33,003 nucleotides of DNA. Source: Collodictyon triciliatum. Lineage: Eukaryota. The stretch lies in assembly GCA_043381765.1 (NCBI GenBank), contig JBHJMP010000903.1:1-33003 (forward strand), in the 5' to 3' direction. Each line of letters starts with the position of its first letter. Within the stretch, counting starts at the first letter, position 1. Positions 25,495 to 33,003 of this stretch are shown here, piece after piece. The notes under the pieces are model-generated. The model was not told where the DNA came from, did no database searches, and saw only the letters and a program-made list of their open reading frames with translations. A program made the position numbers and the translations under genes.

Positions 25495-26009
25495 ATGAAT
25501 CCCATATCAATTGAGCTCCAGACCACAAGACCACAAGCTCTTGGCACTATAAACCCAGAAAACCTTTCTGTCACGCAAATTAATGAGTTTATCAAATACA
25601 TATCAAAGCTAAAGCAGAGAATCGACTCCAGCATCCACACATTGCCCCGCGCACCAGCGTCCACCAGTCAGGTACTTGCCGTCAACTGGAATCTTATGTT
25701 ATGTACTTTTTATCTGTATTGTACCATTGCGAAGCAAAACCACACGCACCGCGCATTGGGAGGTGATGATTACTGAGCCTACATAAAATGCCGTTTTGGC
25801 CGATGATGAATATACAGTTCGTCAACACCCATCTGATCCCTTTTGTCCGCCTCTGCTTCTCTCGCCCGTCTGCCTCCCTGTTGCAACAATCTCTAGCTGT
25901 CATTCTTTCAACCGCCCTGACTCATACTCTGCCTATAGATCTTACAGTCGACCAGCAGATGACCGAGGATCAGCCACAACAAGCCTCACGGCTGAATAAA
26001 AAAATTTGA
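25495..26009 (+). CDS. Small hypothetical two-exon protein, head-to-head with DNAI2
   Basis: ORF from ATG 25495 with an amphipathic helix (QINEFIKYISKLKQRID), donor CAG|gtactt near 25671 and in-phase acceptor TACAG near 25817. No family recognised. Confidence 0.35.
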
Positions 26010-26098
26010 AAATGACGATAATTGTGTCTGTCTCGTTTAACTGTGGTTCCATGTTGAGCAGGCTTTTTTTTTTTATTATTTTAATTTTATTCAACCTG

Positions 26099-29000
26099 TC
26101 AATGGAGTGGTAGTGCGCAGTCCCATAACACGATGTAGGACAAATAATCAGCGACCGGAACCTTCCGCACTGTGGCCTGTCTCGCTGCCCGCTCCAACGC
26201 AAACTGGTAAGTTAGATAAGTATCCTGCTGCGCTTAAGGGCGAAGCTGTACGCCATAATGCCCGCAATTAGTGACCTACCTCAGTTGTATGGGGCGAACT
26301 CGAACCAACTCGAGACTCAAGTGTGGCTGCCGTCTCCAGCAACATGGCCGACTCGCTGCAACTGGTCCGCAGGCTGAAGGAGAGTGTTCTTTGTCACAAG
26401 ACGAGGGGCTGATTAGTCGGGTGAAAGCGAGAAGCTTAGAGGCAAAAGGGGTATTGAGGAGAGTGTACTTTTTGGAGCTGAAGGTGAGGCCCAGCATGTC
26501 TGGCGTCCGTGTGCAAGCAACAGCTGCTCTTCTTGAATGGTGCTGTATCTGAGTGAGAATCTCGTGCAAGATGACCCGAACAACATTGTGGAGTAGCTCG
26601 CTTGTGCCTCGCCACGCCTGGGTCTGAGCGCGTAACGTGGACTGCAGGTCGATCTTTGAATTATTGTTGATATTGTTACGATTTGCAATGGTTTGCCAGG
26701 GTCATTGATACAGGGCGGTAATTGCTCATTTGTGTATTGTGTTTGTATGTGTATTCTATTGTAATTTATACTCCAGTAGTTGTAATCTTGACTTGTCCAC
26801 AAAACCTAATCCCAGAGAGCACAGAAAATTATTTAATATGTTTGTTTTTTGTTTTTTGTTATTTTTTTTTTTAAAAAAAAAGGGGGTAATTTTGCGGTGG
26901 GAGTGGGTATTTGTTTGAATATGGATTGGTATAAAGGTGTGCAACATCCTGCTACATTCTCGTTTGTACCAAACCAAATAAATAGAGGGGAAAAAAAGGT
27001 GCATACTTGTTTTCGTAGGTTAAGGTAAATGCAGATTCGAGGTTATCCAAGGGAACAAGTTTGAACCGAAAAGCAGTGAAAGTCTGGTGTATGTGTGTGA
27101 GAATAGCAAAGACCTGGTGATGCAGGCGTTGCACACGGGCAACGATTGACATTTGTGTCAAGGCAGTACTCTGTCTGGAAGTAAGCCTTAGTACTCAATC
27201 CCGCACAAACATAAGATTGAATAAAATCTCTATCCTACGAATATCATTCTCTTTTCTTTTCTTTTTATTTTTTTTTTAAAAAAAAATTAAATCAGGCAAA
27301 GTGTACTACCTCGTCAGGATATCTTTTCCGATTGATTGGTTTAGGTTGGGCTGGGTCGAGTAAGGGTATTGGTTATGGCGACAAAGACGATACACCAAAA
27401 GCAATAAAAGGTTCTCAAGGGAACTAAATTCGGAGTCATCTGGTTTTTTCTCAATCATTCCACTGCCCTCGTTATCCTCATTGTCTTCTCCCTTTTTAAA
27501 AAATAAAATAAAATAAAAAAGTCTAATAAAATGTACCCTAAAACAATCAATAAAAGGTGATCCGAATTACACAACCAAATGCTTGCTCGGCGTAAGTAAT
27601 AATTTATTTATTTATTTATTTTTTTGGTTATGATCGATGTGATTACCGGTATGAAGCTGTCATCTCGACGAAGCTGAATCTGAAACATTCGCTCGCCTTG
27701 GTATACAATGGTGCACAGATTGGGAGAGATGGAAATCACTCTCAAAGTATCCGATGTATTTGCTTGGTTGTTAAACAGCTGCATAAAGAAAATACCGATG
27801 GGCAGATTATAAAAAAAATATATTCGAATGAACCTTCTTTTGAATAAATCGATAATTTATTTAGTTAAAAAAAAGTTGTGTTAGATAAATGTGGTGGCTG
27901 AATAAATATGAGCCTAATTGTCCATATTTTGAAATGGTTCATGGTAGTCTGTTGGCCTAGTATCAAGTAGGTTCTTACCAAGGTAAAAATGTTTTCGTTG
28001 TATTGAGACATCGATATTTTGAGAATTGTATGGAAAAGGGGTGAAAGTGGGTGGTCTACATCCATGACAAGTGCTGCAGAGGGAAATTTTCTGGATACTG
28101 GATAAATGAAATATGTTACTATAAAATGATTATCCTTTGTAGAAACTTTTCTTTTTATTCACAATAATAGAGGTACCTCTTGTGAGATGGAAAATGAAAT
28201 AGTATATAAAAATTGAGTTAGACCTCCAATGTGATGTAAAGAGTCTGGCATTTTAACCGCCAGATAAGTAGGTCTGAATGTGCTTTTCACATGAAGCTCG
28301 ATCTTTTTCTTAAAATGTATTTGCATCGAATAGCTGGGGTCATATATTGATCCTTTTTCCTCTGTTAATAATTCACGGGACGAAGGAAAAAAAGGCAGAG
28401 CATAAGATTGAAAACATCTCAAATTATTTTGTATAATCCCTTGGTTCCACATTATTATCGGGCTCATTAGCGAAGGCTTACTGTCGATGGAGTGTGGTCC
28501 GTTGATTTGCAATATTCTATCGCCAGAGACAGACCACCTTTTAACCAACTCTTGAAGTTCATGTAAGTCTTTTGCAGAATCACTCCGCTTTGCTTCAACT
28601 GCCGCAATAGACTTGCTGAGCATATCAGAGACGATATTTTGTTGCTGTAATTTAAAACAAACTTTAGGAATTCCTTCATCAAAGAAAGGACATTTTGATA
28701 TTCTGCTTTAATAATTGAAAAATAGGAGTCAAAAAGCATTTTAGAATCATATAATGCATTCGAATAAATATCCACAAAACAAATATTATGACATCAGTTT
28801 TGAATGAAAGGGGAAAGTGAGAGAAATTTGAATTTGCGGACTTAAAGACTGTAGAGACCTGAAGTCGCTTCTTGAACTTATATGTATTATCCTTGGGTAT
28901 TTCATGTGGATTTGTTAATCTCATGCAAGCGAACATTCCGTCATGAATACCGTGTATCAGGGCATTAAGTTGTTGAAGCTCATCTAACGTATATCTGAAT

Positions 29001-29822
29001 ATTGTATTTTCCCCTTATTTTAGCTGCAGCTCAAAATATTTTAGATTCAAATATTCTACTCATTTTCATAGGATTATTGGAATAGTTTCAAATGAATGTG
29101 GTACCAAAAAAGTGCTGTAGAGATAGAGAAGAAGGAAAGAAAAGAAACGAAAGAACTACTTTAAAAATTTCTCTGGTTCTGGGTCATATTCTTGTTTCTT
29201 TCGGATTACTCCAAGCTTTTCAATCTTTTGAGCTTCCTGTGCAAGTGCGTATCGAGTCAAAATAAAAGGAGATATATGTATATTGAGTTAATGATGTCTA
29301 ACTCATTTGGATGTATTACACAATCAGAATGTAATAAATTTAGTTCTAATGTGTCACTCGCTTCTTTCTTTCTTTCTGGTATTTGAATACAAATTGAATA
29401 TTATACTTCCTTCAGCCTGCTATCAAAGTCATTAGCTCGATTTCGTTCCTCTGATATCAGGTGGTTATAGAACTTCCTGACTTCGGTGGGCTCGCTAGAA
29501 TTAGAATGTACAGAACAATAAATAGCTTAATAGGTAGCTGAATGAATGTATTGAAAAAATAGATATTCTGATAGATGCAGGGTTCTATGATCTGTGTGTG
29601 TATAATTAAAATATCTGCTCGGTATTGCTGATAACAAAATCGTCTGTTGCGAGGACCTCGAGTGAAGTTTTTTTATTGTGTTGCTATGGGATCGGACTGG
29701 TTATTTGAAACAAACCTGATTTCCTTCTTAACGCCTTCGAAGTACCGCAGAGTCTTTTTTCCGTAGTACGGCTCCAATGTCACTTTCACGCGCTTTGCAA
29801 GGGAATCGCCATCTCGGTCCAT
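26099..29822 (-). CDS. MED17: Divergent Mediator head subunit 17-like, ~13 exons
   Basis: A frame-consistent GT-AG path runs from ATG 29822 to TGA 26099-26101. Segments fall in the order expected for MED17: KRVKVTLEPYYGKK (cf. VRISIESACEKQ), SDMLSKSIAAVE...LHELQELVKRWSVSGDRIL (cf. ILLKGAERL...ELLRLRQHWKLRKVGDKIL), YNENIFTLL, SSLENLLLLLVYRL (cf. VLEHNLHLLIREF), ARVQRLHHQV. Identity is low. Confidence 0.55.
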
Positions 29823-29861
29823 CCCCAACTTGAAGACAAGCAGTCGATGAGCAAACATTCG

Positions 29862-30136
29862 GGTGTTTTTGTGTGTGTTTTTGTGTGTGTTTTTGTGTGT
29901 TTTTTTGTGTGTTTTTTTGTGTGTGGTTTTGTGTGCGTTTTTGTGTGTGTTTTTGTGTGTGTTTTTGTGTGTTTTTGTGTGTTTTTGTGTGTTTTTGTGT
30001 GTTTTTGTGTGTTTTTGGGTTTTTGGGTTTTTTTTGTGTGTTTTTTTGTGTGTTTTTTGTGTGTTTTTTGTGTGTTTTTTTGTGTTTTTTTTTGTGTTTT
30101 TTTGTGTTTTTTTGTGTTTTTTTGTGTTTTTCGTTT
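29862..30136. repeat. (GTGTGTTTTT)-type G/T-only repeat upstream of MED17-like start
   Basis: ~275 nt of almost only G/T on the + strand (A/C on the coding strand). Confidence 0.95.
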
Positions 30137-30196
30137 CAGTCTTAGTTTTAGTTATCTTTTCGAGGGTGCTTTAGGTATCTTTTTTTATGGTATCGT

Positions 30197-30574
30197 TCAC
30201 TCGCCAAACCAAACAACAGAAGGGTCTTCATAACACGTTATGTTGCTTGCATCTCGCAGGGCGGCACTCAACTCCCTGGAAAACTGCTGCTGGCGGGAAT
30301 CAGATTGTTTTTCCATGATATCGATAACTTTCTGCACAAGATGTGTCTTGTTTCTATCATTTGAGAGGTAGAGCAAAACACTTGTTTGAACGTCGTTGGT
30401 TGCAGAAAAATGAAGAAGAGAACTCCCAGGGACACAAAACGGGGATGTGGCATTTTTGAGCTCGTTGCTTGTACAGTTCCTGAATGGAAATATGAGTAAA
30501 TAACGATGCAGTTGTGTTGGCCTCACATTTCTTCGATTCATCTGATATTCGTAGAGGTCCACTAATAGATTGCA

Positions 30575-30605
<31 letters not shown>

Positions 30606-30620
30606 GTAATAGTAATAGTA

Positions 30621-30651
<31 letters not shown>

Positions 30652-31648
30652 TGATAGGAAGATTAGAATATGTAGATTTAATTCAGGTCTATACAAACTG
30701 TGTGCATCCTGATACTCGCGCTTTTGCCAACGACAGATAAGGCTGGATACCCAAGTCCTCAAACAAAGCTGGTGTCGTTTGGTTCATATATAGGATTTCG
30801 ATGTCTCTCCAAACCGGGTTGAAGGGTTGGAAAGCTCGTTTGTTTGTGAGAAAGGATGGCATGGGTTCTAAGTGTGGCTGTGTTAGTATAGCAGATTCGT
30901 AGAAAGTTTTCAGCCGAGTGGCCTTTCTCTTCGGATTCATAACTCGCTCTTTCATGATGTACCATGCTTGTTTAATCAGCGCCGCATCTGGATTTTCCAA
31001 ATACCGCATATGAATCAAAGGAAAGCTAATTCCTGACACATATATTATGGATGATAATGGGCGAGTAGAAATCCCAGGGCACCTAGGGACGTGAATTTTG
31101 TGGACACATGACTCTTTTGTAGTACACCAGTCCAGTCCTGGTGCGTCAGCCCAAGTTATGCATTGACGTCGAACATTGGGCTGAAAACCTCTTCCCGAGT
31201 CAAATCGGTAGAATTGAGGAGTTCTGTAGACATGCACCCATGGCAACATAATCATTTGACCAGATTCAAGACCTCTAACTAACCTACCGAAACTCACCAG
31301 GTCGTCTATTTGCCCATTTCCGATTGATTCATCAACGTCCATGAACAAAAAATGAGTCCCGCCAAACTTTCTTCCCTCCTCGAGAAGTCTTTGCTTCATT
31401 CTTAATTCCTCGAAGTTAGTCTCCCCGTCTAATATGTCTTTTTTGTCATCAGAAAATTCGGTCCACCGCATTATGTGTACGTTTGTATAGTTTTGGTCTT
31501 TAATAACTTTTTCAGCCAACTCAATACAGCCATCTGTAGAGTTATTATCGAGAATTATTACCTCGTCACAAACTATAGACAGAATTCCAAGAAAGGTATT
31601 GATATGGTCAACCCCATTTCTTACGTGAGATAACCCTATAACCTTCAT
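30197..31648 (-). CDS. Glycosyltransferase family 2 (GT-A fold), bacterial-type; probable second exon 30561-30197
   Basis: MKVIGLSHVRNGVDHINTFL...CDEVIILDNNSTDG...GRKFGGTHFLFMDVDE carries the GT2 N-terminal motif, D..S.DG and DxD. The ORF is open upstream to ~31831, so the start is uncertain. A phase-1 donor TTG G|gtatcc can join the 30561-30197 ORF. Confidence 0.8.
30575..30655. repeat. (TAA/TAG)n trinucleotide repeat in the probable GT2 intron
   Basis: Direct repeat; source of the poly-Leu ORF. Confidence 0.95.
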
Positions 31649-32189
31649 TTTTTCACTGTTTTTGAAAAAATGAGCCGAAAATCTGTCTGTGATTCGGTTA
31701 GTTACTCCATCAACTTCCAGAGATATTTGGTTCTCTTTCTTGAGCCTTTCTTCTTTTAAGAATACTCTTCTGGCAAGACTCATTATGGATTCTTGTTTCG
31801 GCAGCACTAAATTGAGATTCAAGATTTGCGCCTTTTGAGTGGCATAATAAAAAGGGAATGATACCGGTATGTCAATAATCTATCATTTAGTATTACATGT
31901 CTTGCACCCCTCAATCATGTCTGCTATCTTGTAGTAATATATTAGGCCAGAGGCTCGCCTATTGCCTCTGTCATTCATGTCCCCGATAAGCCTTATATTC
32001 GAATTTAAGTTATAATTGATTTGTTCTATAGAATTAACATCATATGTATTGAATTTATTTGAATCGAATAAAGGGAAAAATTATATATGTTAAATTTATT
32101 GCCTATATGATTCGGCGATTCCGTTCCTATATTCATTCGTGGAGCTGTCTTCGTAAAAGAAGTTGAAAAGGATTGTTCTTGAGAGTTGA

Positions 32190-32640
32190 AATGCTCCTAA
32201 GGCAGTAGATGGGTCTCTCTTCTAAATTTGTGGAAATTAGCTCGGTCGTGTGAATCCTAAAATGCATCCAATTATGAAGAAACCTTGAGTTTTTTTCCAA
32301 TTTTTCTTATGGACGATGCTATATCCAGTATTACTCGCTCATTTTCTTGATATGTCTTGTTGTCTGTATGTGATGCGTCGCTTGAAAATAGCTCATGACC
32401 TGTCCTGTTGTTAAGTTTATTGCACCTTTTACTGGCAGCACTATGCATCCCTATTCGATGACAATATGTTAGATGGTATGCTTTGGTACAAATTACATCA
32501 AAACATATGTATTGATAAACAATTACTTGAAACACATCATAAAGAATAGTAATTTTTAACAAACACCGCCTATGTCCGTTCAGTATAGCTTTTGTGTCTA
32601 CCCATATGTCCTCATCAGTCTTCCATAAAGATTTCTGGTG
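32190..32640 (-). CDS. Possible exons of a hypothetical gene entering from the right edge
   Basis: ORF 32272-32562 ends at a donor-like AAG|gtttct, with a TTTAG acceptor near 32257. No family recognised and the structure is unresolved. Confidence 0.3.
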
Positions 32641-33003
32641 TGTGTACCCTTGGTTGTTAAAATTTTATAAAGTTATTAAAATTCCCGGCTGATGTTGAGA
32701 GCACATAAGGAAAAATATGATCTATATCGTCTTCTATTGGCCATAGAACTTCGTGCCATCTATGTTAAAACACACTTTTTGAAATATACCTATGAAGTTA
32801 AAAATCACGAAAAAAGCGAACGTAATAACAAGACTTGCCATTTGATAGTAAATGAAAACTACCTAACCTGTATTGCAACAATTGAGAAGTATTGTTAATG
32901 GGGGAAGGGGGGGGGGGGGGGGGGGTTTTGGGGGGTTTTGGGGGGTTTAGAGGTTAAAAACCTTCAGAATGTATTTAGATTTGGGGCAACCAGGAAGGGA
33001 AAA

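Noticed and set aside
29847-30233. F/V/C-rich ORFs (also 3833-4255, 12793-13008, 30562-30762)
   Set aside because: Translations of simple repeats.

Overview
Gene-dense, intron-rich nuclear DNA from a flagellated microbial eukaryote (standard genetic code, mostly short GT-AG introns, many microsatellites, N-gaps at 2029-2595 and 13224-14158). Splicing the exons by hand gives about 11 genes. Well supported: proteasome alpha-2 (PSMA2, +) and axonemal dynein intermediate chain (DNAI2/IC69-type, -). Probable: MRGBP/Eaf7 (-), a divergent MED17 (-), a bacterial-type GT2 glycosyltransferase (-), an XK-related-like membrane protein (+) and a small SPMIP1-like ciliary protein (+). The most unusual feature is a ~1341-aa predicted secreted protein (-, 6346-10887) with three FG-GAP/integrin-alpha-type beta-propellers and an in-frame ~170-aa (Lys/Arg-Ser)n tract that the ORF track misses. 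A single-pass FG-GAP membrane protein (+, 17301-19165) lies about 6.5 kb away. The splicing signals are also notable: two inferred non-consensus GC-AG introns in DNAI2, frequent AAG acceptors, and a candidate 3' splice site just before the ATG of most genes. Family assignments come from recalled motif similarity; no database search was run.
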